Positions 50,801-64,000 of a DNA stretch of 64,000 nt are shown here, in pieces. The translations under genes were made by a program, and so were the position numbers. Under the pieces are notes generated by a model. That model searched no databases, was not told where the DNA came from, and was given only the letters and a program-made list of their open reading frames with translations. The stretch is from Magallana gigas (lineage: Eukaryota). The stretch lies in contig NC_088858.1 in assembly GCF_963853765.1 (NCBI RefSeq), positions 50,654,001 through 50,718,000 on the forward strand. Reading direction: 5' to 3'. The stretch's first letter is position 1. The number at the start of each line of letters is the position of its first letter.

Positions 50801-52646
50801 GTCCTAGCCTTATAACTAAGAAAAGTTTTATGTCGTCAGGTGTACGAGTTAACCCTTTGGCTTAGGGTAATGACCATGGCACACACTTTATTCTTAGCCA
50901 AATACCAATCATTAACTAAACATTCTAAATTCTTAGACTATGATTTTCTAAAACATTTTAGTATTCATCTTAATGATAGTGTTCAGCTGTTGTCTTTAAG
51001 GCGGCAAACACTTCGTGTCCATATGGCACAATCTTTAGCTAAACTTGAATAGGGTTATATTTAGTGAGCATCTGGTCCTATGGCTCGCTGCAACTCTTAT
51101 CTTCAATTTGCTTCTTTGTTAAAATTAGATATGTTTGATTCTCCAGTATCGGTTTAACAGCTTTGTATGTATACTTCAATATTTCTGGTTTATTTGCATA
51201 CTTCAAGTGCATTTCCATTTACATGTATTTGCCATTTGGTTGCTATTATCCTTTTTTACATGGGTCGGTAACCTTGCTTACAAATACAAATGTAACCAGT
51301 CAATGATTGTTAAAGAAAAAGCAAAATGTAACTCAAATGAATCATCTCTGCGTAAAGAATTTGAAAATTATATCATATTGTTGATAATTCAGTAAATCGA
51401 TCAATGCTCCTGAGTTGCATAGTGAATGATTCCAAATAGAAATATCCTTTCAATGCAACGAAATCAATATTTTTTAAATTTTCGTGCCTTTCATCTTTTA
51501 ATACATTTTGTTTGAATGTTTTGACATATCAATTCCCGGGAAAACTATAACACGGTCTTCAAATTAAATACAGGTTAAATACCACAAACAACACGTGTGA
51601 TAAATCTCAATACTAAGCAACGAAATAGACTGATAAAACAAAGTCTGAGTTTTTCCCTTCCATGATTTATTTGGTGTGTTAATCATTCAAAGACAGTTAT
51701 AAAGTACAATGTACATATGTAGTTTCCTGGGACGTCAAATGAGATTGGAACCATTAATAGTAACCCTGTAAAAAAGGAGATTTATTAAAGTAAAATGCAT
51801 GCACCATCCTTAAATTTATTATAGAATACATTGGCACGATATCAGTTCTTGCACGATATAGGATGTTCAGTAATATTAAGGTACATGTATACACTATATT
51901 ATTTTCATTTCGTTGACTAGAAATAATAGTGCTTTGGTTGGAACATAAGCAAATCAGTTATAAGCACATTAAAATTATTTATCACAGTATTTCTTTTTCC
52001 AGAAAATTATAATATATCAATGATTGCAAACTGGTCTAATATGATCTTAACGGATAACAATGTAATTATCAAAATGCCAAAAAAGTAACCTTTACAGAAG
52101 AAAAAAGCTGGACAGTTCATAATTAATTGATTAACAATTGAAGCATTTTGATTGCAGATTATTCTCAACAAAACGGTATTATATATTCTAAAAACATAAA
52201 AATATTTTTTAAGATTAGAAATATTCCACAGCGTCAGAAGTTTTGATTTTAAAAGAGCATTTATGTGGTATATAATGTCTTGTGATCCTCATACTTTTAA
52301 AATATGACGGTCTGAAAGATGGAGGCAACGTATTTCATACATAACTCTTACATTGGCAGGTTACATGTTTTGATCAGAAACTATATACAGTTTACCCAAT
52401 ATAGTAAACAAAGCTAAATCATCGTATACTCTTAAAAGAAAAAAATTGAAGAGGATTGTAAAGATTGTAACATTTTGAAAATCATAATTTTCAAATCTTT
52501 TTCTCTACCACAAGTTAAAAATAAAAAAAAAAGTCGTTGTCTATAAATCAGCTGGGCCCTCACACCTTGATTTTAAATATATCAATCAAAAAGATTTTCA
52601 ATGAAAAAGAAATAAATACCGGTATGAGTATCGGATAATTTTCTTA

Positions 52647-53126
52647 TTAGAATTTTTTACTAAGCTTTTTTTTTTTTACCTCGCCTAGCCTGCTATGGCC
52701 AAGTCCTCTTCCGTACACCCCTTTTCTTGGCAGTCTGTTTTCAACCAGAACTTTTCCGTACCCTCCCAAAAACAGATCGTTTCGAGGAAGATCGCCGTAC
52801 AATTGCTTTCCATAGAGTCCACCATACAGAACATTCTTTCTATTTGTTCTCGTTTCAATCAGACCTTTTCCGTACGATCCTCCATACAGTTCGCTCCCAA
52901 TAAGATCACCATACAATTCATTTCCATAGGGTCCACCATAGTGACCATAGAGACCATTCCTTTTATTTGTTCTTATTTCAATCAGACCTTTTCCGTACGA
53001 TCCTCCATACAGTTCGCTCCCAATAAGATCACCATACAATGTGTTTCTACCATAGAGACTGTTTGTTTTGTATCCATAGCAAAAGGCCACAGAAAAAAGG
53101 ACCACAAAAAAGATCAGTCGGATCAT
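52647..53126 (-). CDS. Gly/Tyr-rich secreted protein, copy C4 (159 aa, extended tail)
   Basis: A12 run shifts the frame to GEVKKKKLSKKF*. Confidence 0.85.
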   Translation of the reverse strand: MIRLIFFVVLFSVAFCYGYKTNSLYGRNTLYGDLIGSELYGGSYGKGLIEIRTNKRNGLYGHYGGPYGNELYGDLIGSELYGGSYGKGLIETRTNRKNVLYGGLYGKQLYGDLPRNDLFLGGYGKVLVENRLPRKGVYGRGLGHSRLGEVKKKKLSKKF

Positions 53127-56100
53127 CTAGAACAGAAATATTGATTGATCTTATTTCAAAATAAGGACCATTTGATTCATTTGGTATTAAGAAAAAATTA
53201 ACATACGTCAATAATGAAATTTAAAATAAAGCAATTTGGCCTACCTTGCTGATAAACAAAAAGGACTTGGTATAAGATACTGTGTGCTTATGGCTCAATG
53301 TGCAGGGGTATATATACTAACAGTCACGTAAAAGACAACCAAATATCATCAATAAAAACAGTCGTAATAACCACAATGTGACACAACTCCAACGAACATT
53401 AAACATTGAAAGAAATAATTCATCACAGTAGGCCATAGTAAAAAAAAAAAACAATACTAATTTATAAATTTGAAAAATTAGACAGGGTCATCGAGATTAC
53501 GGAGCAAAAAATAGTCATTAAGGTAATTGTTTTATTCTACATATTGTGGTCCTCGTTTGTCCCTAATTGACAATCATGATTTAATGTACTATTTCTTGGT
53601 ATCATTATCATTATAATTTTTCCAGTTTGAGTTCGATTTATGCATGTCATTAGTTGGTATTTAAATCAATGTTAAAGCTCATAAAAACATAGATTAGTTA
53701 TTAAATTTCTAATTTCACTATTTTTATAAGCTCAATATAGTAGAGAATAATGACATAAACAAAAATTATGCGTAATAAAGACTATACACATATATGGATA
53801 TACAAATTTAATTCATACGTGTGGTTATACTACTCGTGTGAGAAACCTTTGCTTTATCACACGGGCGATGCTTCATCAATACTTCCGGTCCGAACTAATT
53901 TTGACATAGCCCTCGCTGAAACGCTTCAGCGACCTATTTTCGAAAATTTGCTTGTACTTTCAACATAATTATATCTACTACCAAAAATTAAAATATAATG
54001 GATTTTGTCAAAGATTTAAATTACAAATATGAAAGAAAACACATAACTGTTAGGCATAAGCGTCCGGAACCGGAGGAGGGGGTGGGGGGGGGGGAGATTA
54101 GGGGGAGGTTATACATAACCGTAACCAAAGACTTTTCGTTTTTTGCTTGTCGAAACTTTTGATAAGTTTAGCCCACCACCCCCTTTCAATTTGCTTCCAG
54201 CGCCACTATGTGGTTTTTAAAACTCCTAATCACTTAATCTATCAAGGAGTACATCCTGACGACGCGATGAAAACAGAACGTTTTGGTTGTGTTTATATAC
54301 AAGAATGCACAGAAAATAAAGTTTTTAAAGACTTTTATTCCACCACCAATAAGCATCCTAACTCAATATTTTCCATTTTAAATCATTAAGCTACAATTTG
54401 TTTTATAAATCATCAACAGCTGTTCCTCGTTCGAGTCAATTCAAACTAACGAGCATTCGCAACTTTCTGAATGTCAACAAACTTGATTCTTCGAGTCGTC
54501 TGATCAGTATTTCAATTAAATCAAGTGATTATGCTCTAAGAAATATTATTAAGAGCTTAAAATATTTTTCAAGGTTTATTTTAGTTTGACTTTACATTTA
54601 AACAGATAGATTGATCTTCGAAATGACGTTCTAAATTGCATTGCGCATGGACATAGTAACTGCTTAACAAAGGTCAAATGTATGAGATAAATAGAACATC
54701 TATATTGTGTGATTTATTTTACATTTGCTTTAAAATTATCCAACTAGTTGAAATGGTTATATTTGTTCTGCAAGACTTGCGAATATATACACCATTTCAA
54801 CTTGCTGGATAAAGCAAATATAAAATCTCAAAATATAGATATCCTCTATATATTTGCAAAAATGTAAACATAAGCATGTATACCATCATTGTTTATATAC
54901 ATGCAATGAGACTGGGATTATTGAAGAGGATAGATAGAGAAAGGGGGTGAGAAAATGGGCCTTGGATAGAGGTTTGGGTATATGGATTTATTTTTATGGT
55001 AAAAAAAAAAACACTGGACAAAGAAAGATTTCGAAATGATACTTTTATGACTTTCTTATAGTAAGAAACAATTATAATTTAGTACTGATATGTTGCCAGT
55101 GTCTTCCATATTAATAATTACCACAGTGTTTTAGTAATAAATATTTCTATTATTGTTTTCTCTAGACAACGAAACTATAGGGGGTAATCTGGTGTTTGCT
55201 AAATACAAGTTTCTTTCTTTCTTCTGTCATTTTACAAAGTCGCCAGACGACTCGTTACCAATTCAATATCATTTCGAAGAAATCTCTGTCATGCATTGGA
55301 GTAAAAAATACAAATCATATTCCTTTGGTATAAAGGAGGTGCTACAACAGCTTCTATCAATAGCATTTCAGATGGTCAAATTAAAGAACCTGGGCGCTGG
55401 AAGTCAAGAGCTTATAAGTGCTTAGTAAATGTACCAACCTCAAAGTCAATCTATTATTGAAATGTTAAAGTGTGTACCTTTTTTCTTGCAGCTTACTTGA
55501 TTTTTTGTATGTTGTCTGATCATAATGGTGTGCACAGAAATGTTGACTTGTTTATTTTGATTGTGTTTATATATATTTATTCTTTCAGAAGGTGTTGGAT
55601 CTTCAATTATTTGGCATGCATTCGGTTATGCTAGGATGAATGGGGGATCCAATCTTGAGTTTCTCCCATAGAAGCTATCATAAAGTTGCAGGGAAAAGAC
55701 GGCATGTGATGGCGACATGTCCTCTCCTAAATCAGGCAATTGTTACGGTATTGGTACGGCATTGTCTGGTTTATCATTGTGAAGGTAATGACATTGGTAA
55801 GATAAAATGTTTTGAATTGTGCGAAATAATGGAGAAATCTTTGAATGCTCTTTCTTGAATGTTGCCAAGAACGAAAATCATGTGGTCACACATACTGCCA
55901 AAACCAACATGGCGTAAGACTAGAAACAATAATGCTCTCAATAAGACAAGAGTGTGAGTTAAAAACTTTGGTGCTACAGGAATCTTGGAACACCATGGAG
56001 GCTATGTTCGCTGTCTAAAGATAGCTTCATCTGACCAAAGCTTATTTAGGGCCTATGGTTGCATTAGAAAGAAAATAAAATTGTCCTAGCCTTATAACTA

Positions 56101-57929
56101 AGAAAAGTTTTATGTCGTCAGGTGTACGAGTTAACCCTTTGGCTTAGGGTAATGACCATGGCACACACTTTATTCTTAGCCAAATACCAATCATTAACTA
56201 AACATTCTAAATTCTTAGACTATGATTTTCTAAAACATTTTAGTATTCATCTTAATGATAGTGTTCAGCTGTTGTCTTTAAGGCGGCAAACACTTCGTGT
56301 CCATATGGCACAATCTTTAGCTAAACTTGAATAGGGTTATATTTAGTGAGCATCTGGTCCTATGGCTCGCTGCAACTCTTATCTTCAATTTGCTTCTTTG
56401 TTAAAATTAGATATGTTTGATTCTCCAGTATCGGTTTAACAGCTTTGTATGTATACTTCAATATTTCTGGTTTATTTGCATACTTCAAGTGCATTTCCAT
56501 TTACATGTATTTGCCATTTGGTTGCTATTATCCTTTTTTACATGGGTCGGTAACCTTGCTTACAAATACAAATGTAACCAGTCAATGATTGTTAAAGAAA
56601 AAGCAAAATGTAACTCAAATGAATCATCTCTGCGTAAAGAATTTGAAAATTATATCATATTGTTGATAATTCAGTAAATCGATCAATGCTCCTGAGTTGC
56701 ATAGTGAATGATTCCAAATAGAAATATCCTTTCAATGCAACGAAATCAATATTTTTTAAATTTTCGTGCCTTTCATCTTTTAATACATTTTGTTTGAATG
56801 TTTTGACATATCAATTCCCGGGAAAACTATAACACGGTCTTCAAATTAAATACAGGTTAAATACCACAAACAACACGTGTGATAAATCTCAATACTAAGC
56901 AACGAAATAGACTGATAAAACAAAGTCTGAGTTTTTCCCTTCCATGATTTATTTGGTGTGTTAATCATTCAAAGACAGTTATAAAGTACAATGTACAGAT
57001 GTAGTTTCCTGGGACGTCAAATGAGATTGGAACCATTAATAGTAACCCTGTAAAAAAGGAGATTTATTAAAGTAAAATGCATGCACCATCCTTAAATTTA
57101 TTATAGAATACATTGGCACGATATCAGTTCTTGCACGATATAGGATGTTCAGTAATATTAAGGTACATGTATACACTATATTATTTTCATTTCGTTGACT
57201 AGAAATAATAGTGCTTTGGTTGGAACATAAGCAAATCAGTTATAAGCACATTAAAATTATTTATCACAGTATTTCTTTTTCCAGAAAATTATAATATATC
57301 AATGATTGCAAACTGGTCTAATATGATCTTAACGGATAACAATGTAATTATCAAAATGCCAAAAAAGTAACCTTTACAGAAGAAAAAAGCTGGACAGTTC
57401 ATAATTAATTGATTAACAATTGAAGCATTTTGATTGCAGATTATTCTCAACAAAACGGTATTATATATTCTAAAAACATAAAAATATTTTTTAAGATTAG
57501 AAATATTCCACAGCGTCAGAAGTTTTGATTTTAAAAGAGCATTTATGTGGTATATAATGTCTTGTGATCCTCATACTTTTAAAATATGACGGTCTGAAAG
57601 ATGGAGGCAACGTATTTCATACATAACTCTTACATTGGCAGGTTACATGTTTTGATCAGAAACTATATACAGTTTACCCAATATAGTAAACAAAGCTAAA
57701 TCATCGTATACTCTTAAAAGAAAAAAAATTGAAGAGGATTGTAAAGATTGTAACATTTTGAAAATCATAATTTTCAAATCTTTTTCTCTACCACAAGTTA
57801 AAAATAAAAAAAAAAGTCGTTGTCTATAAATCAGCTGGGCCCTCACACCTTGATTTTAAATATATCAATCAAAAAGATTTTCAATGAAAAAGAAATAAAT
57901 ACCGGTATGAGTATCGGATAATTTTCTTA

Positions 57930-58409
57930 TTAGAATTTTTTACTAAGCTTTTTTTTTTTTACCTCGCCTAGCCTGCTATGGCCAAGTCCTCTTCCGTACA
58001 CCCCTTTTCTTGGCAGTCTGTTTTCAACCAGAACTTTTCCGTACCCTCCCAAAAACAGATCGTTTCGAGGAAGATCGCCGTACAATTGCTTTCCATAGAG
58101 TCCACCATACAGAACATTCTTTCTATTTGTTCTCGTTTCAATCAGACCTTTTCCGTACGATCCTCCATACAGTTCGCTCCCAATAAGATCACCATACAAT
58201 TCATTTCCATAGGGTCCACCATAGTGACCATAGAGACCATTCCTTTTATTTGTTCTTATTTCAATCAGACCTTTTCCGTACGATCCTCCATACAGTTCGC
58301 TCCCAATAAGATCACCATACAATGTGTTTCTACCATAGAGACTGTTTGTTTTGTATCCATAGCAAAAGGCCACAGAAAAAAGGACCACAAAAAAGATCAG
58401 TCGGATCAT
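57930..58409 (-). CDS. Gly/Tyr-rich secreted protein, copy C5 (159 aa)
   Basis: Protein identical to C4; A12 run. Confidence 0.85.
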   Translation of the reverse strand: MIRLIFFVVLFSVAFCYGYKTNSLYGRNTLYGDLIGSELYGGSYGKGLIEIRTNKRNGLYGHYGGPYGNELYGDLIGSELYGGSYGKGLIETRTNRKNVLYGGLYGKQLYGDLPRNDLFLGGYGKVLVENRLPRKGVYGRGLGHSRLGEVKKKKLSKKF

Positions 58410-61400
58410 CTAGAACAGAAATATTGATTGATCTTATTTCAAAATAAGGACCATTTGATTCATTTGGTATTAAGAAAAAATTAACATACGTCAATAATGA
58501 AATTTAAAATAAAGCAATTTGGCCTACCTTGCTGATAAACAAAAAGGACTTGGTATAAGATACTGTGTGCTTATGGCTCAATGTGCAGGGGTATATATAC
58601 TAACAGTCACGTAAAAGACAACCAAATATCATCAATAAAAACAGTCGTAATAACCACAATGTGACACAACTCCAACGAACATTAAACATTGAAAGAAATA
58701 ATTCATCACAGTAGGCCATAGTAAAAAAAAAAAACAATACTAATTTATAAATTTGAAAAATTAGACAGGGTCATCGAGATTACGGAGCAAAAAATAGTCA
58801 TTAAGGTAATTGTTTTATTCTACATATTGTGGTCCTCGTTTGTCCCTAATTGACAATCATGATTTAATGTACTATTTCTTGGTATCATTATCATTATAAT
58901 TTTTCCAGTTTGAGTTCGATTTATGCATGTCATTAGTTGGTATTTAAATCAATGTTAAAGCTCATAAAAACATAGATTAGTTATTAAATTTCTAATTTCA
59001 CTATTTTTATAAGCTCAATATAGTAGAGAATAATTACATAAACAAAAATTATGCGTAATAAAGACTATACACATATATAGATATACAAATTTAATTCATA
59101 CGTGTGGTTATACTACTCGTGTGAGAAACCTTTGCTTTATCACACGGGCGATGCTTCATCAATACTTCCGGTCCGAACTAATTTTGACATAGCCCTCGCT
59201 GAAACGCTTCAGCGACCTATTTTCGAAAATTTGCTTGTACTTTCAACATAATTATATCTACTACCAAAAATTAAAATATAATGGATTTTGTCAAAGATTT
59301 AAATTACAAATATGAAAGAAAACACATAACTGTTAGGCATAAGCGTCAGAACCGGAACCGGAGGAGGGGGTGGGGGGGGGGGAGATTAGGGGGAGGTTAT
59401 ACATAACCGTAACCAAAGACTTTTCGTTTTTTGCTTGTCGAAACTTTTGATAAGTTTAGCCCACCACCCCCTTTCAATTTGCTTCCAGCGCCACTATGTG
59501 GTTTTTAAAACTCCTAATCACTTAATCTATCAAGGAGTACATCCTGACGACGCGATGAAAACAGAACGTTTTGGTTGTGTTTATATACAAGAATGCACAG
59601 AAAATAAAGTTTTTAAAGACTTTTATTCCACCACCAATAAGCATCCTAACTCAATATTTTCCATTTTAAATCATTAAGCTACAATTTGTTTTATAAATCA
59701 TCAACAGCTGTTCCTCGTTCGAGTCAATTCAAACTAACGAGCATTCGCAACTTTCTGAATGTCAACAAACTTGATTCTTCGAGTCGTCTGATCAGTATTT
59801 CAATTAAATCAAGTGATTATGCTCTAAGAAATATTATTAAGAGCTTAAAATATTTTTCAAGGTTTATTTTAGTTTGACTTTACATTTAAACAGATAGATT
59901 GATCTTCGAAATGACGTTCTAAATTGCATTGCGCATGGACATAGTAACTGCTTAACAAAGGTCAAATGTATGAGATAAATAGAACATCTATATTGTGTGA
60001 TTTATTTTACATTTGCTTTAAAATTATCCAACTAGTTGAAATGGTTATATTTGTTCTGCAAGACTTGCGAATATATACACCATTTCAACTTGCTGGATAA
60101 AGCAAATATAAAATCTCAAAATATAGATATCCTCTATATATTTGCAAAAATGTAAACATAAGCATGTATACCATCATTGTTTATATACATGCAATGAGAC
60201 TGGGATTATTGAAGAGGATAGATAGAGAAAGGGGGTGAGAAAATGGGCCTTGGATAGAGGTTTGGGTATATGGATTTATTTTTATGGTAAAAAAAAAAAC
60301 ACTGGACAAAGAAAGATTTCGAAATGATACTTTTATGACTTTCTTATAGTAAGAAACAATTATAATTTAGTACTGATATGTTGCCAGTGTCTTCCATATT
60401 AATAATTACCACAGTGTTTTAGTAATAAATATTTCTATTATTGTTTTCTCTAGACAACGAAACTATAGGGGGTAATCTGGTGTTTGCTAAATACAAGTTT
60501 CTTTCTTTCTTCTGTCATTTTACAAAGTCGCCAGACGACTCGTTACCAATTCAATATCATTTCGAAGAAATCTCTGTCATGCATTGGAGTAAAAAATACA
60601 AATCATATTCCTTTGGTATAAAGGAGGTGCTACAACAGCTTCTATCAATAGCATTTCAGATGGTCAAATTAAAGAACCTGGGCGCTGGAAGTCAAGAGCT
60701 TATAAGTGCTTAGTAAATGTACCAACCTCAAAGTCAATCTATTATTGAAATGTTAAAGTGTGTACCTTTTTTCTTGCAGCTTACTTGATTTTTTGTATGT
60801 TGTCTGATCATAATGGTGTGCACAGAAATGTTGACTTGTTTATTTTGATTGTGTTTATATATATTTATTCTTTCAGAAGGTGTTGGATCTTCAATTATTT
60901 GGCATGCATTCGGTTATGCTAGGATGAATGGGGGATCCAATCTTGAGTTTCTCCCATAGAAGCTATCATAAAGTTGCAGGGAAAAGACGGCATGTGATGG
61001 CGACATGTCCTCTCCTAAATCAGGCAATTGTTACGGTATTGGTACGGCATTGTCTGGTTTATCATTGTGAAGGTAATGACATTGGTAAGATAAAATGTTT
61101 TGAATTGTGCGAAATAATGGAGAAATCTTTGAATGCTCTTTCTTGAATGTTGCCAAGAACGAAAATCATGTGGTCACACATACTGCCAAAACCAACATGG
61201 CGTAAGACTAGAAACAATAATGCTCTCAATAAGACAAGAGTGTGAGTTAAAAACTTTGGTGCTACAGGAATCTTGGAACACCATGGAGGCTATGTTCGCT
61301 GTCTAAAGATAGCTTCATCTGACCAAAGCTTATTTAGGGCCTATGGTTGCATTAGAAAGAAAATAAAATTGTCCTAGCCTTATAACTAAGAAAAGTTTTA

Positions 61401-63216
61401 TGTCGTCAGGTGTACGAGTTAACCCTTTGGCTTAGGGTAATGACCATGGCACACACTTTATTCTTAGCCAAATACCAATCATTAACTAAACATTCTAAAT
61501 TCTTAGACTATGATTTTCTAAAACATTTTAGTATTCATCTTAATGATAGTGTTCAGCTGTTGTCTTTAAGGCGGCAAACACTTCGTGTCCATATGGCACA
61601 ATCTTTAGCTAAACTTGAATAGGGTTATATTTAGTGAGCATCTGGTCCTATGGCTCGCTGCAACTCTTATCTTCAATTTGCTTCTTTGTTAAAATTAGAT
61701 ATGTTTGATTCTCCAGTATCGGTTTAACAGCTTTGTATGTATACTTCAATATTTCTGGTTTATTTGCATACTTCAAGTGCATTTCCATTTACATGTATTT
61801 GCCATTTGGTTGCTATTATCCTTTTTTACATGGGTCGGTAACCTTGCTTACAAATACAAATGTAACCAGTCAATGATTGTTAAAGAAAAAGCAAAATGTA
61901 ACTCAAATGAATCATCTCTGCGTAAAGAATTTGAAAATTATATCATATTGTTGATAATTCAGTAAATCGATCAATGCTCCTGAGTTGCATAGTGAATGAT
62001 TCCAAATAGAAATATCCTTTCAATGCAACGAAATCAATATTTTTTAAATTTTCGTGCCTTTCATCTTTTAATACATTTTGTTTGAATGTTTTGACATATC
62101 AATTCCCGGGAAAACTATAACACGGTCTTCAAATTAAATACAGGTTAAATACCACAAACAACACGTGTGATAAATCTCAATACTAAGCAACGAAATAGAC
62201 TGATAAAACAAAGTCTGAGTTTTTCCCTTCCATGATTTATTTGGTGTGTTAATCATTCAAAGACAGTTATAAAGTACAATGTACAGATGTAGTTTCCTGG
62301 GACGTCAAATGAGATTGGAACCATTAATAGTAACCCTGTAAAAAAGGAGATTTATTAAAGTAAAATGCATGCACCATCCTTAAATTTATTATAGAATACA
62401 TTGGCACGATATCAGTTCTTGCACGATATAGGATGTTCAGTAATATTAAGGTACATGTATACACTATATTATTTTCATTTCGTTGACTAGAAATAATAGT
62501 GCTTTGGTTGGAACATAAGCAAATCAGTTATAAGCACATTAAAATTATTTATCACAGTATTTCTTTTTCCAGAAAATTATAATATATCAATGATTGCAAA
62601 CTGGTCTAATATGATCTTAACGGATAACAATGTAATTATCAAAATGCCAAAAAAGTAACCTTTACAGAAGAAAAAAGCTGGACAGTTCATAATTAATTGA
62701 TTAACAATTGAAGCATTTTGATTGCAGATTATTCTCAACAAAACGGTATTATATATTCTAAAAACATAAAAATATTTTTTAAGATTAGAAATATTCCACA
62801 GCGTCAGAAGTTTTGATTTTAAAAGAGCATTTATGTGGTATATAATGTCTTGTGATCCTCATACTTTTAAAATATGACGGTCTGAAAGATGGAGGCAACG
62901 TATTTCATACATAACTCTTACATTGGCAGGTTACATGTTTTGATCAGAAACTATATACAGTTTACCCAATATAGTAAACAAAGCTAAATCATCGTATACT
63001 CTTAAAAGAAAAAAATTGAAGAGGATTGTAAAGATTGTAACATTTTGAAAATCATAATTTTCAAATCTTTTTCTCTACCACAAGTTAAAAATAAAAAAAA
63101 AAGTCGTTGTCTATAAATCAGCTGGGCCCTCACACCTTGATTTTAAATATATCAATCAAAAAGATTTTCAATGAAAAAGAAATAAATACCGGTATGAGTA
63201 TCGGATAATTTTCTTA

Positions 63217-63696
63217 TTAGAATTTTTTACTAAGCTTTTTTTTTTTTACCTCGCCTAGCCTGCTATGGCCAAGTCCTCTTCCGTACACCCCTTTTCTTGG
63301 CAGTCTGTTTTCAACCAGAACTTTTCCGTACCCTCCCAAAAACAGATCGTTTCGAGGAAGATCGCCGTACAATTGCTTTCCATAGAGTCCACCATACAGA
63401 ACATTCTTTCTATTTGTTCTCGTTTCAATCAGACCTTTTCCGTACGATCCTCCATACAGTTCGCTCCCAATAAGATCACCATACAATTCATTTCCATAGG
63501 GTCCACCATAGTGACCATAGAGACCATTCCTTTTATTTGTTCTTATTTCAATCAGACCTTTTCCGTACGATCCTCCATACAGTTCGCTCCCAATAAGATC
63601 ACCATACAATGTGTTTCTACCATAGAGACTGTTTGTTTTGTATCCATAGCAAAAGGCCACAGAAAAAAGGACCACAAAAAAGATCAGTCGGATCAT
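63217..63696 (-). CDS. Gly/Tyr-rich secreted protein, copy C6 (159 aa)
   Basis: Protein identical to C4; A12 run. Confidence 0.85.
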   Translation of the reverse strand: MIRLIFFVVLFSVAFCYGYKTNSLYGRNTLYGDLIGSELYGGSYGKGLIEIRTNKRNGLYGHYGGPYGNELYGDLIGSELYGGSYGKGLIETRTNRKNVLYGGLYGKQLYGDLPRNDLFLGGYGKVLVENRLPRKGVYGRGLGHSRLGEVKKKKLSKKF

Positions 63697-64000
63697 CTAG
63701 AACAGAAATATTGATTGATCTTATTTCAAAATAAGGACCATTTGATTCATTTGGTATTAAGAAAAAATTAACATACGTCAATAATGAAATTTAAAATAAA
63801 GCAATTTGGCCTACCTTGCTGATAAACAAAAAGGACTTGGTATAAGATACTGTGTGCTTATGGCTCAATGTGCAGGGGTATATATACTAACAGTCACGTA
63901 AAAGACAACCAAATATCATCAATAAAAACAGTCGTAATAACCACAATGTGACACAACTCCAACGAACATTAAACATTGAAAGAAATAATTCATCACAGTA

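Larger units (their letters stand above)
31326..64000 (-). repeat. Head-to-tail tandem array, period ~5.28 kb, one Gly/Tyr-rich gene per unit; continues past the window end
   Basis: ATGs at 32009, 37280, 42561, 47842, 53126, 58409 and 63696 (spacings 5271, 5281, 5281, 5284, 5283, 5287). Units after 37280 are near-identical; the first unit is more diverged. Confidence 0.98.

Noticed and set aside
33024-61965. Recurrent short ORFs per unit (MSKLLIS.., MFSLDNE.., MGDPILS.., MYELTLW.., MILQYRF.., MRNKDYT.., MFYKSST..)
   Set aside because: They recur only because the DNA is duplicated. Most use non-ATG starts, none shows a domain, and they are frameshifted or absent in the older A/B flanks.
31326-64000. 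CRISPR-like or operon-like reading of the periodic structure
   Set aside because: Units are 5.28 kb with no unique spacers, and the context is eukaryotic with spliceosomal introns.

Overview
AT-rich eukaryotic (animal) scaffold, most plausibly a bivalve mollusc; this is inferred from repeat style and gene content. There is one 153-N gap. Left half (1-31 kb) is a transposon-dense zone. It holds a spliced IS630/Tc1-type transposase with DD83E spacing (Sailor-like) and a C-terminal PHD finger, and an intact, very young Ty3/gypsy LTR element (139-bp LTRs, TACCT target duplication, tRNA-Ser PBS). It also holds decayed copia and DIRS pol fragments, several MITEs, and an ~8.7-kb PIF/Harbinger-ISL2EU-type element with an intact three-exon transposase that has split the 3' flank of a host gene. 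The dominant feature is a family of small secreted Gly/Tyr-rich (YG/LYG-repeat, basic-tailed, shematrin-like) genes on the minus strand. There are 8 coding copies: a diverged copy A, a copy B with a premature stop, and six near-identical copies C1-C6 in a head-to-tail ~5.28-kb tandem array running off the right end. One gene-less relic flank is also present. The array splits into two sub-blocks whose proteins differ in the C-terminal tail because of an A10 versus A12 homopolymer. Most short ORFs in the supplied track are repeated shadows of this unit, not genes.
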